Positions 37,488-50,986 of a stretch of 64,000 nt of DNA are shown piece after piece; the stretch's first letter is position 1; the number at the start of each line of letters is the position of its first letter. The position numbers and the translations under genes were made by a program. The stretch comes from Octopus vulgaris (Eukaryota), in the NCBI GenBank assembly GCA_951406725.2, contig OX597834.1, positions 9,424,001 to 9,488,000 on the forward strand, written 5' to 3'. The notes beneath the pieces were generated by a model. That model was not told the origin of the DNA and did no database searches. It was given only the letters and a program-made list of their open reading frames with translations.

Positions 37488-39695
37488 TATGTTTGTACTA
37501 TCAGAACAAGACTATTTAGAATTCGTTCTGATAATCTTGATAGCGACGACGGCAAAGATAACGTTAGTGATGTAATGTAGTTGATCACGATGATGGAGGT
37601 GGTGATGGTATTGGTTGTGATGGTGGAGACGGCGAATGCCTTTCTCGTTTCAGGGTAGAGAATCACTCTCGCTGTGCATTCCCGTTTATTTTCTTCATGC
37701 TCATTGAAATCCCATGCTGAGAGTTCTTGTTGTGTAGTTTATATGTATTTAATTTTTAAATGCTTTTTTTTTATTTGTTTCTTCTGTGTGTTTTTTTTGT
37801 TTTCTTTTTTTTTGGTTTTGGTTTTGTTTTAGTTTTTACTTATTTCATGCTGAGGTAATCAAGTTCACCTATCAAGCAGCCTAACAGATGGAAGTGAATG
37901 GAAACGAAAAAAAAAAAAAAAAAAAAAATACCTATCCACCCTCCCCTACTCCGACTCATAAAAACCAAAACAAAACGAAATAAGAGAAATAGAAGTAAAA
38001 AGATAAACGAACAATAAAGAAAAATGTTTAAAAAAAGAAGAAAAAAAAAGCATGAAATAAAATAAACCTACACTTGTTCCGGCTTATTCTGTCAATCAAA
38101 GCAGTTGCTGAGAATAAATAAACACAACACGTACAAGCATACAGAAATAGATAAGATGGAGATGAAGTGGAGGTAGACGCAAAAGAAAGCTCATGTCTAG
38201 CTTCTACATACGTGCGTGTAAGTATATACATACGTATACGTATGTGAATATATACGTAAATATACATATCTCCCTCTTTTCTATATATGAACAGCTGCTC
38301 GTATGAGTATTTTTGTATTCTACTAGTTCTTCGTAAATAGTGAGAGGTCCTCCGAGAGTTGGTATTTAGCAGGGTTTTTTTTTTTTAAAGCGATGTGGAG
38401 GGGAGTATCTGAATTTTGCATCTTGTTTCACTAGGAGTCCTTTTTAACGCTCCTGGAGAGGACCCAAAACTTTTACGCGTTTAATTCCCAGGTGAACTGA
38501 TAAATATCCCAAGTGGTTTTCATTAAATGATCTCAGCACTTTTAGCTGAAAAATAAAAAAAATAATAAGTGGAAGACAAAGCGAGATAAGATATATTGTG
38601 TCCGCAATAATGCGATCCTAGATACGGAATTCCTTAATAGCTAAACAGGAAAAGATCTGAATTTAAATCCGAGTGATGAAGGCTGTGCAAGAAACAAAAA
38701 GGAATTGATAGTAGTTTGGAATTTATAATCAGGGAGCTGGGTGTTCGAGTACGTATCTACTCAGATATTCAGCACATACTTACAAAGAGACGTATTACAG
38801 TAGTGCACAATTGTTCTCTCTCTTCCTTTCCGTATCTTTCTCATACAGACACACATTTCCCCCCCCTCTCTCTCTCTCTTCCCCATCTCTTTCTCTCTTT
38901 CTTGTCGTCTCTACCATTCATACTTTTCTAACCTACCGTGGTAATCAATAACATTATGAATGTCAAGTAGAACTTAAGTGCTTTGTTCATTTCATTTAAC
39001 TACGACATCTTCGTCTCTACGATTTTCTTCCAGTGTTAGGTGCAAGAAACACCAATTTTCGCACCGCGCAGAAACTGAAGGAGCTACTTAAAGATATCGC
39101 TGCACATTATGGTCATGGTGGCTAAAGCAATTTCGGAAACCCTTTTTATATATTCATTGGGTATCTCAGAGTCGCAAGCGTTATGCTCCTTATTCGCTTC
39201 GCTTCACTCGAGTTGGTTAGCGTAGATGGAAGAAGCGTTTCATCTGCTCTTTTGTCAACCATACCGATTTTTAGTAGACTTAGCTGCCATGAATATCTCC
39301 TCAGGGATTTTCTTTTCCTGTTCGGCTTCCAAATCGATTTTCTGCAAGAATGAATGCACCGATATTGCAGGGAAACTGTAGCCGCCAACTTAATTACAGA
39401 ATCAGTCTGAGTGCCACACTTCCTATTGAAGTACATGTTACCAGTAAAAATAGGGGACAAATGAATGTCATAATCGGTAGAGTGTCTGACATCATTCATT
39501 GTGATAGCTTTACGATCTGAATTAAAATCAACACTAACTTCATTTTAATCCTATATATATATATCGCATTTTCTTGAATTATTTCCCCCTAAAGTATCTG
39601 AAGAAACTAAATCGATTTTTAGAAACAAAATATGAAGTTACGTTTATGAATTTATGTTGTAGGATTCTTGATGTGAAACCATGTGTTGCAACATA

Positions 39696-39987
39696 TATTG
39701 TTGTAATTCGGGACGGTCATTTTTATTCTTTTGTCGAAAAGAAAAAAACACACCCTCGCTATATATTCGTTCTTCACTCGTTTATTACTGTTCTTATTCT
39801 AACTAATGTCCATTGTACGGAAATCTTTCGTCGCATATAAATAAACGCTGAAGAGGTCACAGGTGTGTGATGAAAGATTTCCGGACAATGGAGTTAGAAT
39901 AAGAACAATAATATACGAGTGAAGAAAGAATATATAGTGCGTGTGTTTATTTGGCAGAAGAAATTACCGTCCCGAAATACAACAATA
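39696..39987. repeat. Long imperfect fold-back; arms ~39696-39838 and ~39863-39987, spacer ~24 nt
   Basis: TATTGTTGTAATTCGGGACGGT...TTCTTCACTCGT...TGTTCTTATTCTAACT...CCATTGTACGGAAATCTTTCGTCGCAT pairs with GTGTGATGAAAGATTTCCGGACAATGGAGTTAGAATAAGAACA...ACGAGTGAAGAA...ACCGTCCCGAAATACAACAATA. Confidence 0.9.
39846..39883 (+). ncRNA. Minimal hammerhead-ribozyme-like motif with intact core
   Basis: CG-CUGAAGA-G-GUCACA(GGUG)UGUGAU-GAAA-GAUU-UC-CG: core boxes, 6-bp stem II, near-palindromic stem III, only a 2-bp stem I; activity untested. Confidence 0.4.
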
Positions 39988-40032
39988 AAACACGTATTTT
40001 CTCTATGTTGGATGTCATTATCACAATTAACA

Positions 40033-40225
40033 AAGCGGTGACCTGGTAAAATCGTTTGGCGATATTTTGTCTGGCTTTACGGTTTGAATGCAAATTCCTC
40101 CGAGACTGACAATGAGTTTCATCTTTTCGGATTCCATAAATAACTACCAGATGAACTTTGAGATTGGTGTAATTTACTAGGATCCTTCCCCTAAATTTCA
40201 GAATTTCTGCCTAAAGTCGAAACAA
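40033..40225 (+). mobile_element. Highly decayed family-B SINE
   Basis: GCGGTGACCTGGTAAAATCGTT...CAAATTCCTCCGAG...TTTCATCTTTTCGG...CCCCTAAATTTCAG. Confidence 0.55.
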
Positions 40226-41594
40226 ATATTTTCGCAAAGAATTTCAGATCAGTGAAAACCTAGTGTTTTGGATTTGATTACGAAATATCTTGAGCAATTA
40301 TGTTGGTTCATACTCTACCTATTGTCAATTAGAGGCGAAGTATGATGTGTGAAGGTAGCAAATATAAGACGTTGTTAGCTACATGTATATATAGTTGAAT
40401 TATTAATAAAACATTCTGGAATTAAATCAATCAGCCATCTTGTTTAAAATGAACAAAGGAGGGACTCTATAAGCTGTCTATCTACTTTCTGCAACAGCAA
40501 CCAATCTCTCCACTAATTTCAACCTACCATCTTGGAAGAGAAAGAATCTATCAGATAATTTAATTTTAGGCACACGAACCCTAAGAGAAATGGAAGATAA
40601 GTTTCGAAGAAAAAACAATTTTGAATGCAAGCCTTCTCGTTCAGTTTCGCCTAACAGGCAACATAACAAGAACAACAACAGCAAATGAAATCACCATTTG
40701 GGTATCGGTCAACGATAGAATATATATCCTGCTCTGTCTGAATATTATATTACAGCGTTTGCAATTAAATTTTCATATTTTCGGGTAAAAGTAGCATTTG
40801 TGCGCTTATTGAATAGAAACTAGTCGAAGGAACAAGGAGATAGCTGATGAGGCTAGTGCAATATCGTTGTCACGTTATCTGCTATTTCTTTTATTAATTG
40901 AGCATGTTATCTGTACACAGACCACGATGTTATCATGCATATTTAATCTGTGATCACTGTCAAGCGTAATTTTAGATATATGTTATCGTGATTGTGAATA
41001 TGAGAAAATTTCTATCTAATTTGAATGGCTGAACCCTTCAAATATTACTTCGACCTCTAAAACGTCGTATTACAGTGTTTCTACTGTCACGAAGGAATAC
41101 GTTGCACTAATACGTTCCATGGAAGGTTATATTATATATGATAAGCAACAATTTGTGACACAAGACTGAAACCTGTACACCTGCCAAAGGAACTTGCTTA
41201 TTAAGCTGAAGATATAAAACTAACACCAAAACAAGAAAGAAAGAAAAAGGTGATATCTGAACTGACAGCACAAGACTGACATGCTCTGTACAACATTACA
41301 GCATTTGCTACATTTTCTTTCTGAATTTCGATTCCATAGCAGCATCACGTACATGAGCAGGTTCAAAAGTAACATTTACGCCTACATTAGCAATTAATTA
41401 CAATATTCTGCTGCCATAGATGACCAACGTGTTACTTTGTTGTTGCAAAAGCTCTACAGCTCAATTCTTTTTCATCGTGGATTTGCCACATATAAATACA
41501 ATGTTTCACTTGTAATTTTGTTATATTTGCGTGGATAAACCTCAATTCAACTTTATTCTCCCTTCTCTTTTCTTCTTTTTCTTTGTCACAAAAT

Positions 41595-42097
<503 letters not shown>

Positions 42098-42678
42098 TCC
42101 ATCCACCCAACCATTTCTTTCTTTCTCTACGTTCGCAAATTTCACATTATTCTTCACACACGTACACCTCAATATTTGTTCTTTTATTTCAAGACTTGAA
42201 TCAGAATCTTCTTTGATTCTGGATCAATTAGTTAGTGATACGGAGTTTCAAAAGTGATATTTCACCTTTATGACAGAGTGGATCCTCTACTCATAAATAC
42301 GAACACACATTCTTTTTTTGTTTACTTTTTCATTTTTTCTTTCTTTTACCGTTGTCTTTATTTTCCTTTGTAATTCCTACTGACTCCATCAATCTTACTA
42401 TCAGAAAAACACACAACACATTTTTGAATTACATCAAGCTTTGATCGTGGATCAACAATATGATACTCAGTGGCTTTGTAGGACCAATTACAGCGCCATA
42501 TTTGACATGAATCAACATAAAATATTCGCTTTGAAAACCAGCACAGAGTCATTCTTTAAATTCTCTTTGAACCTACGTGTGTTGGATTCGTAAACATACG
42601 TGTAAGGATGTAAGTGAGCGTGTGTGTAGGTGTGTGTCTATGTATGACTTCGCGAATACGAGCATATATGACTCTGAA

Positions 42679-42722
<44 letters not shown>

Positions 42723-42932
42723 CACCTCTTTCTCTAAATAAGAGCGACTGTATATCAAAATATTTTGCCTGTGTACTTCCGTGTGTATTTAGGAATAATA
42801 TAAAAGCATTTACATATACGTACTGATCTAGAAAAAGGAGAATCGTTGCTGTACATGTTGCATAAAATTATTGTTCAAACTCCAAAGTGTTTCTGCGCAA
42901 CAATGTTATGTTACCTATATCTAATAACGAGT

Positions 42933-43158
42933 GAGGCGGCGAGCTGGCAGACACGTTAGCGCGCCGGGCGAAATGCTTAGCGGTATTTCGTCTGCTGTTA
43001 CGACCTGAGTTCAAATTCCGCCGAGGCCTACTTCCTACTTTGCCTTTCATCCTTTCGAGTACCAGTTACGCACTGAGGTCGATATAATCGACTTAATCCA
43101 TTTGTCTGTCCTTGTTTGTCCCCTATGTGTTTAGCCCCTTGTAGGCAATAAAGAAATA
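42933..43158 (+). mobile_element. Family-B SINE with 17-bp TSD
   Basis: TSD TATATCTAATAACGAGT at 42916-42932 and 43159-43175; full head; tail AATAAAGAAATA. Confidence 0.93.
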
Positions 43159-43179
43159 TATATCTAATAACGAGTATAT

Positions 43180-43411
43180 AGGCGGTGAGGTGGCAGAAAC
43201 TTTACCATGCCGGGCGAAATGCGTAGCCGTATTTCGTCTGCCGTTACGTTCTGAGTTCAAATTATGCCGAGGTCGACTTTGCCTTTCATCCTTTCGGGGA
43301 CGATAAATTAAGTACCGGCTACGCACTGGGGCCGATGTAATCGACTTAATCCCTTTGTCTGTCCTTGTTTGTCCTCTCTATGTTTAGCCCCTTGTGGGTA
43401 ATAAAGAAATA
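43180..43411 (+). mobile_element. Family-B SINE, full length
   Basis: GGCGGTGAGGTGGCAGAAAC...GCCTTTCATCCTTTCGGGGACGATAAATTAAGTACC...AATAAAGAAATA. Confidence 0.93.
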
Positions 43412-43489
43412 TATATTAATATTATGGAAAGCATTACTTTGATAGTTGGTTATGAATGTCTTCAACTGATTAGAAGTGAAAGGATTCCA

Positions 43490-43656
43490 TCACTGCTTTC
43501 TGCTGTCTTCCCTTCTCTGGATCTTTCCTTCAATGTTTCCGACGAAGAGCGTAGGCTCGAAATGTAAAATACTTTTTCAATTCTTGAGCGTTAAACTAAT
43601 ACATCTCTTTGTTTTGTACACCACCCGTCTTCATCTTTTGTTTTTTCGTGAACACT

Positions 43657-43660
<4 letters not shown>
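43490..43660 (+). mobile_element. Penelope-like terminal repeat fragment (family P2) with hammerhead-like motif, ending in (TA)n
   Basis: TTTCCGACGAAGAGCGTAGGCTCGAAATGTAAAA at 43536-43569; downstream sequence closely matches 62375-62500; abuts a TA run. Confidence 0.7.
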
Positions 43661-43704
<44 letters not shown>

Positions 43705-44140
43705 GGTTGTGATATGTGGCGATGCTTCGCAATCCTTTCTCAAAAAGTAAGCAATCACATATCTTCAGAACATGGTTCGCTATACATAATTTCAGAAACC
43801 CTCCTGAGAACAATAAGCTACATTTATATCAATCCATTAAGCATTGCTATGAAGAATTAAGATCTAAAATTTGAAGATTTTACGAAGCTGATATGGGCGT
43901 TGTGACGCATATTTCTATCCCTAGAGTAATACAATAGCATCACATATGAAGTTAAATGATTATTTAAAAAAATATCAAGTTACCTTAAGTATACATGTTC
44001 CTCTGAGAATTTCACGTAAGATAACACTCACGGAAACATTCTTTTTCATGCACCACCCAGATTCGCATACGTGTGGGCGTGTATATGTGTGCGTGAGCAT
44101 ATCTGTTTTTGTGCGTGTCTAAGCATATCTCTCTTTTACG

Positions 44141-44201
<61 letters not shown>

Positions 44202-44277
44202 TATGTACATACATATTCACAGGTATATATATATACGCACACACTCACACAGTAAACATACTTACGTAGCATATATA

Positions 44278-44760
44278 CAGGGGTTTGACAAAATAATGGA
44301 AACACCGTAAAAATTCAAAGAAATTTAATTTGATATGGGGTAAGATCGCCTTTGGCAGTAATTACAGCTTGAATTCTATGAGGCTTGGACTCGTACAAAG
44401 TGTGAATTGTTTCCAAAGGAATTAGTGTCCATTCTTCAGCTAAAACAATCTCTATTTCTTATAATAATGATGGTGGAGGATATCGATTCCTTATTTATTT
44501 TTCTGAAATGTACCATAAATGTTCAATGCTATTGAGATCTGGGGTCTATGGTGGCCAATTGGTGCATTATCATCCTAAAAGATTGCGTTTCCCTATGGAA
44601 ACAGTTCCGCAACCATAGGATGAATTTGATCAGAGAATATGCTTAGTCTTGAATGTTAATTCTGCTGTTTCGGCCGTTTTCATTACGCTAGAGCCTGCCA
44701 TAAAAGCACCAACAATTTGACCTCTTTGAAAGCCCGATAAGTCTATCATTTTAATGAATT
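44278..44760 (-). mobile_element. Internally deleted Tc1-family transposon relic
   Basis: TA|CAGGGGTTTGACAAAATAATGGAAACACC terminus; minus strand encodes MIDLSGFQRGQIVGAFMAGSSVMKTAE (from 44749), DQIHPMVAELFP, F*DDNAP, WPP*TPDLNSIEHLW (44557-44513) and RIQAVITAKGDLTPY; second TIR not confidently found. Confidence 0.9.
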
Positions 44761-44844
44761 TTAATTACCTTTTTCTGATGAAGCTATAGATTGTCCATGC
44801 ATTATATTGTGATGCGCCTGGACATGTTAATAGGGACGTTTTCT

Positions 44845-44998
44845 GGAGTGGCTGTGTGGTAAGTATATTGCTTACCAACCACATGTTTCCTGGTTCAGTC
44901 CCACTGCGTGGCACCTTGGGCAGGTGTCTTCTACTGTAGCCTTGGGCCGACCAAGACCTTGAGTGGATTTGGTAGACGGAAACTGAAAGAATCCCGTC

Positions 44999-45049
<51 letters not shown>

Positions 45050-45263
45050 GTATGTATGTGTCTGTGTTTGTCCCCCTAGCATTGCTTGACAACCGATGCT
45101 GGTGTGTTTATGTCCCCGTTACTTAGCGGTTCGGCAAAAGAGACCGATAGAATAAGTACTGGGCTTACAAAGAATAAGTCCCGGGGTCGAGTTGCTCGAC
45201 TAAATGCGGTGCTCCAGCATGGCCGCAGTCAACTGACTGAAACAAGTAAAGAGTAAAGAGAGT
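44845..45263 (+). mobile_element. Family-A SINE, near full length
   Basis: GGAGTGGCTGTGTGGTAAG...(TA)n...GACTGAAACAAGTAAAGAG. Confidence 0.92.
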
Positions 45264-45820
45264 CATCCTTGGTGGTCATTTGCCATCAGGAATCCTGGCG
45301 CAGTCGACCCAACCGGTATTGGTCAAACCCCATTTTCTGGTCCAGTTACCCTGGTGGCACATATCCCTTCCAGTGCTTCCACAAAAATCGCAACTACAGA
45401 CCAATATCAGCTGGGAAAATACACACAGAACATATCAAAAATAAGATTACAAAAATGAATTTTGTCGCCGAAGAACTCTTATGCAAGAAATAGTTTAGGC
45501 CTAGGCACTCCGGATTTATAAGTAGATGAGTAGATAAATGTTGGCGCCAGTAGAGGGCGTTAGCTTAAAGATTGCATTCTTCAATGTCAGCTTTTCACAC
45601 CAAGAATATAACAAATGCGGTTTGAGTTAAATTTCGGTTGAAATTTCAAATATCATAGTTCATATTAAGATATAGTGATAAATATTTTACGATATGGCAA
45701 CTGAGAGAAAGTGCAGATCCTCGTTATATACTTCAGATGCTCCGCTTGAAAAATAATCCACTTCTGTATAACTGAACTAGACAACAATTTATATACGTAA
45801 ATCCAGACATACATACATGT

Positions 45821-45894
45821 GTGTATACGTATATGTTCATGTATATATATATATATATATATATATAAATATATATATATACATGAACATATGT

Positions 45895-45931
<37 letters not shown>

Positions 45932-45962
45932 CATATACGTATACACACACACACACACACAT

Positions 45963-46001
<39 letters not shown>

Positions 46002-46046
46002 CATGAACATATACGTATATATATATATATACATGAACATATACGT

Positions 46047-46094
<48 letters not shown>

Positions 46095-46112
46095 GAACAT
46101 ATACGTATACAT

Positions 46113-46156
<44 letters not shown>

Positions 46157-46160
46157 GTGA
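45821..46160. repeat. Higher-order microsatellite: ACATGAACATATACGTA units separated by variable (TA)n/(CA)n
   Basis: Direct units near 45881, 45927, 46001, 46031 and 46091; one inverted unit at ~45824-45843. Confidence 0.85.
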
Positions 46161-46298
46161 ATGTATGTGTATAGATAAATTTCCTCCCGCACATAGGTAT
46201 ATATACATTTTCCTATATACATACACACTATCAAATATACTACAAATATAAAGGAAAATTATTTTTACTACTTCACCATGATATTTCTTTCTCGAACG

Positions 46299-46329
<31 letters not shown>

Positions 46330-46985
46330 CAATATACATACATAAGCACACACATATACGTATGAGTGTGTGAGAATTCAGGAAAAAGAAAGAAAAACAA
46401 TTCACTACCAAATTCATTGAAAATATTGGTAAAAGAATTCAATTTATATTTATAGCAAATGTTACATGCAATAAGTTTCAAGTGTCTCTCATGTGATTGC
46501 TTATCTCCACGCCTTCATCGTCGCTTCCAGCCCCGAGAGTAGTTCACGTTCTCTGTGCAGCAGCGTCTGACCGCCATTACGAATTCACACTAAAGGCGTT
46601 TCTACTGATATTTAGCATCTGTTTTCTTCTCCTCGAAGCAGAAGCAATCACCGAAAAGAAGCTGTGACATTTCACAATGGAACAACTTTGCTTATACATA
46701 CGTATAAACATTTTTGACACCTATTCTACTTGTTTCTAATGAAGTAGACGCTCCTGTATCTTTGCGTACACTCGTGTCATCCATCCATGCATACATAAAT
46801 ACATATGCTTGTGTATGCGTAACTACGTTCGTACAATCTGGCATGTGTATATGTGTGAGTCTGTATGTGTTTTTGTATTTGCCTATTCACCCTTTTACTC
46901 TACGTAAATTTTACATACAAATATATACGCAGACGTACGCATGAGAGCGTAGATATATGTCTGCGAGGGTTTCAGTGTCTGTTTA

Positions 46986-47034
<49 letters not shown>

Positions 47035-48574
47035 GGTATGAGAGGCAGAGAGAACGTGAGATAATGTAAGCACGTTAATTGCAAATGTTTTGCAGCTTTA
47101 AGATATATAATTAGTTCAATATTTTATCGAGACTATGCTTGCATATTGCCTTCATGCAATGTTTCGTGTTCTGCCTGCTTTACACATCTCTGTACGGTCT
47201 CTACCGCTTTTCCCTCACTTTTCACCCACTAGCATATATTTACGTAGTTATAGTTACAGAGACATTGATATTTAATGAGTAAAAGTAAAAACAAACGAGA
47301 GAGACAGAGAGATTCAGTAACGGATACAAAACAAAAACAATGAAATTAAGCTTGTGGCGTCTGACACGGCATAAATTGTAATTATTTGCAAAATATATAC
47401 ACCGTGTCATTGGTACCCGTTTGTGCAGCGAGTTAGCTTCGATTCAAAAAGAATCCATTTTTGGCAGGAAAGAATATGTAACAACACGATTCCGTGAGAT
47501 TCTGAATATATGAGATATTCCCTGAAAATTGTGACCCATTTGTGTTAGCGTCAAGAGCTAAGCAAAAGAGAAGAAAGTTTGGGAGAGAGAGAGAAAAAAA
47601 GCAATATGGGAAAGGTTAGTGTGCAAACGATAGAACTGAGATTAATGTAACAAGCATAGATAAAAAGATATCTTTTTCTTCAGCGCTCGGTACACAGCTT
47701 GTCAATGGCAATGGTCACATTAACGTCTGTAGATGTAACATTTGTTTGAACAGGAAAATCATCGTGTTGACTAGAAAAGTAAATGGAATTCCGTTGCTTT
47801 CGACAATTGAAGTTTGCTCTGTCAACTGAACTACCTGCTGAATTAGCACGTAAGTGGCAGTTAATTCCACCTACAGTAATATTTAGATTGATTCAGCATT
47901 ATACAGTGAATGCGGAAGCTGGTGTTTTGAGTAACAGCTGCAATTTTCGCGATTAAACACTGAACAGGTTTTGCGTACAGAATCTCAGTTTACGAGACTT
48001 TGTTCTGTAGAAAGCCATGGTGAAGAGGCTTACCCTTGATAATATAAAGTGGAATGGATCATAGAGACTTCTATTTTGAAAGGCAGCTGCTTAACCACTA
48101 GGCTACGCTGCGTCCTAGCTTTGTAAGATTAGATTAATATCTAAAATTTGCACAGATATTGATCGGATAGCCAACAGTTTCAAAAGAATTAATCACACAC
48201 GCACACACAATTACACATAGATATATATACTCAAAAACACACACACATAGAGTTACACATACACACACAGCATATGATTATGTGGTGAACGGGAGGTAGA
48301 TTCGAAAACGACGTTTCGTATAATAAACCTTCTTCAAGACAAAGTAGTATTAGTGAAGAATTATCGCTGATCGGTAGCACGCGCACTCACAAATACACAC
48401 AAACATAAGCCCTCAGAGAAAGAGACAAATATGCTCAAACATAGTACCCAAAGCATGCAAACACGCTTTCCTGTAAACATACATAGACCTATGACTTAGT
48501 ACACGTCTGTGTTTGTGTGAGCGTGTGTATGTGTGCGTATGTATGTATATATATATATATATATATATACACAC

Positions 48575-48825
48575 AAAATGGGACAAGAACGCAAAACATC
48601 CAGGCAGTTGGGTGATACAAGAAAGGGACAACAATACATGTAGATAGACGATACAAAGAAAACAAGGATGGGTCATTCGGAGTTCTCTTTCCTCAGTCGA
48701 GTTACAGATTATCTTTACAATTTCGGCTGGTTATACTCGAGATTGCTCCAATCTGGCCAGCCTCAAGGAAAAGCTTAGCTAAGTACATAAGATTCCTTGG
48801 AAGAAAGCAGCTATATATAATCCTA
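48575..48825. mobile_element. Probable dispersed repeat inserted in a (TA)n/(CA)n run, unclassified
   Basis: Complex sequence bounded by TA-type runs on both sides; single copy in the window, so family status rests on recollection. Confidence 0.3.
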
Positions 48826-49264
48826 GCAGATTGGTGTTCAGTATGTCAGTATGGCCATGGGAATTGAGCATACTCTTTTGAAAGAACATCGATTCATTGC
48901 TTTCATAAACAGAATTGAGGCAAAAAATATAAATACCTCTTTCGTAAAAAAGAAACCGGTTGATCTTATAATTCATTCTAGTTCAAAAGTCTTGGTATGA
49001 TATGCATGCAGTATGTACCATACAATAGAAGGACTTTTCTAAAAGAGACACATAAAAATCACGAATGTTTTGCACTATTTTCTATAATATACAACGATAT
49101 CTACAAAATGCAGTCTACATTGCCGATCAGAACTGATCTCCTTCGAGCTCCGTAGAGGCTTGCATACAGCAACTTCATGCCTAATTTATCTCTAACCAAA
49201 GACATGCAATGCACATTGCTGCTCAGAGTCGTAGGCTAATCCATATATAGATAGATAGAAACTT

Positions 49265-49503
49265 CTAGGTATCTGATGATGTAGCAATTTCGGTGGCATA
49301 TTCTTTTGCCATGTCTGTATCTATGCAAATACAAACACCCACACACATACACACACTCAACAATACACTTATGTGTGTGTACACACGGCCTTCTATGATT
49401 TTCCAGATGTATATCACTGCATATCTTTCCAGACTTAGTTCTAAAGGGAAGTGTTTTAATTCTTTCAGTCTTTCCCAGTAGGTGATACGTTGCATCGAGA
49501 CAA
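49265..49503 (-). mobile_element. CR1-like LINE ORF2 C-terminal fragment
   Basis: Translation MQRITYWERLKELKHFPLELSLERYAVIYIWKIIEG matches the YWERLxxLxLYSLERRRERYxIIYxWKIxEG pattern; interrupted by (CA)n. Confidence 0.75.
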
Positions 49504-49509
49504 TATGTA

Positions 49510-50569
49510 TATACATATTTTATAAATGTATATATAAATATATAGGTATTTCTTGTATGCATGTATGTATATAGGTATCTATTATAAATATATGTATATA
49601 CATAAATAGGTATATTATAAATATATACATATATATATATATATCGTTATATATTATAAATATATATACATATATATATAGGTATCTAATATAAATAAAT
49701 AAATATATATATAGGGATCTATTATAAATAAATAAATATATTTATATATACATACACACATTCTCTGTTTGAATAATTCTTTTATAGAACCAAGCTAATG
49801 CGTATTTAATCAATTCGTCATGCAGTTTTGAAGGTAAAGTAAAGAAATAGAAAGATACACCTGAAATGCCAATGAATTATATAGAAACAAACTTATATAT
49901 ACATATATATATATCGTTTTACAGCGTAATATAAACCCTATGCAGGAATTCATTTCACTGTCAATTCTTTGTTAGATATTTTTCTCGTAGTTAATGCTCT
50001 TGTTTTTTTTTTTTTTTCTATATTAGTTGAGGTTTGAAACCGTACTGCATCCCCATTGCAGACATCAGGGAGTTAGTAATGGCGTATAGCCTTTGATCTT
50101 TCTTTCGCTGTCTAAACACATACACACACGCACACGTGTGTACATATACATACGTATACATTTTATATGTATATATATATATACATACAGACATATACAC
50201 ACACACATAGATAGATATATAAATGTATATAAATACACATATGCATATATATATATATACTTATATATATACATATATATATATACATATATATATACAT
50301 ACATATATATATATATACATACATATATATATATATACATATATACATATATATATACATATATATATACATATATACATATATATATATACATATATAT
50401 ATACATATATACATATATATATATATATACATATATATTCATATATACATATATATATACATACATATACATATATATATACATATATATACATATATAT
50501 ATATACACACACACACATATATATATATACATATATACATACACATATATATATATACACATATATATA

Positions 50570-50607
<38 letters not shown>

Positions 50608-50690
50608 TACATATATACATACACATGTATATATATACATATATATATATATTTATATATATATATATATACAAACACACCCACACACAC
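49510..50690. repeat. Composite (TA)n/(TATACA)n satellite blocks with some unique sequence
   Basis: Directly visible, densest at 50160-50670. Confidence 0.85.
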
Positions 50691-50936
50691 CCACACACTT
50701 TTAAATATCAATGTAATGTTTGTATATCGTTTGTGTGTTCTCTTTGTACACGCATACGCGTGCGCGTGTATTTATTTATGCACTCATCCTGATTATGCAT
50801 CATGGCGATGCATTATACTATAACGAGGATTGAGCGTTCGCCGAAAGGGAAATAGAGCAAGGCACAGAGAAACCGAGAGGCAGAGAGAGAGTGAGAAAAC
50901 AGATCGAGATATTGTGTGAGGGAGAAAGAGAAGGCA

Positions 50937-50986
<50 letters not shown>

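Noticed and set aside
39000-39520. Complex, moderately GC-rich block with a 117-aa minus ORF and splice-like sites
   Set aside because: No recognisable protein motif in any frame; cannot tell exon from decayed retroelement without a database search
45821-46160. CRISPR-like repeat/spacer appearance (also 15442-15645)
   Set aside because: Eukaryotic context, spacers are microsatellites or absent, no cas genes
47684-47830. Acceptor TCTTTTTCTTCAG followed by an open phase-1 frame, considered as exon 2
   Set aside because: Translation (ALGTQLVNGNGHINVCRC...) does not resemble an iGluR amino-terminal domain and would not complete the expected Gly codon
48309-48340. Minus-strand UUGAAGA...GAAACGUC hammerhead-like string
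   Set aside because: C3 is missing, stem II is barely formable and there is no stem I; too degenerate to support
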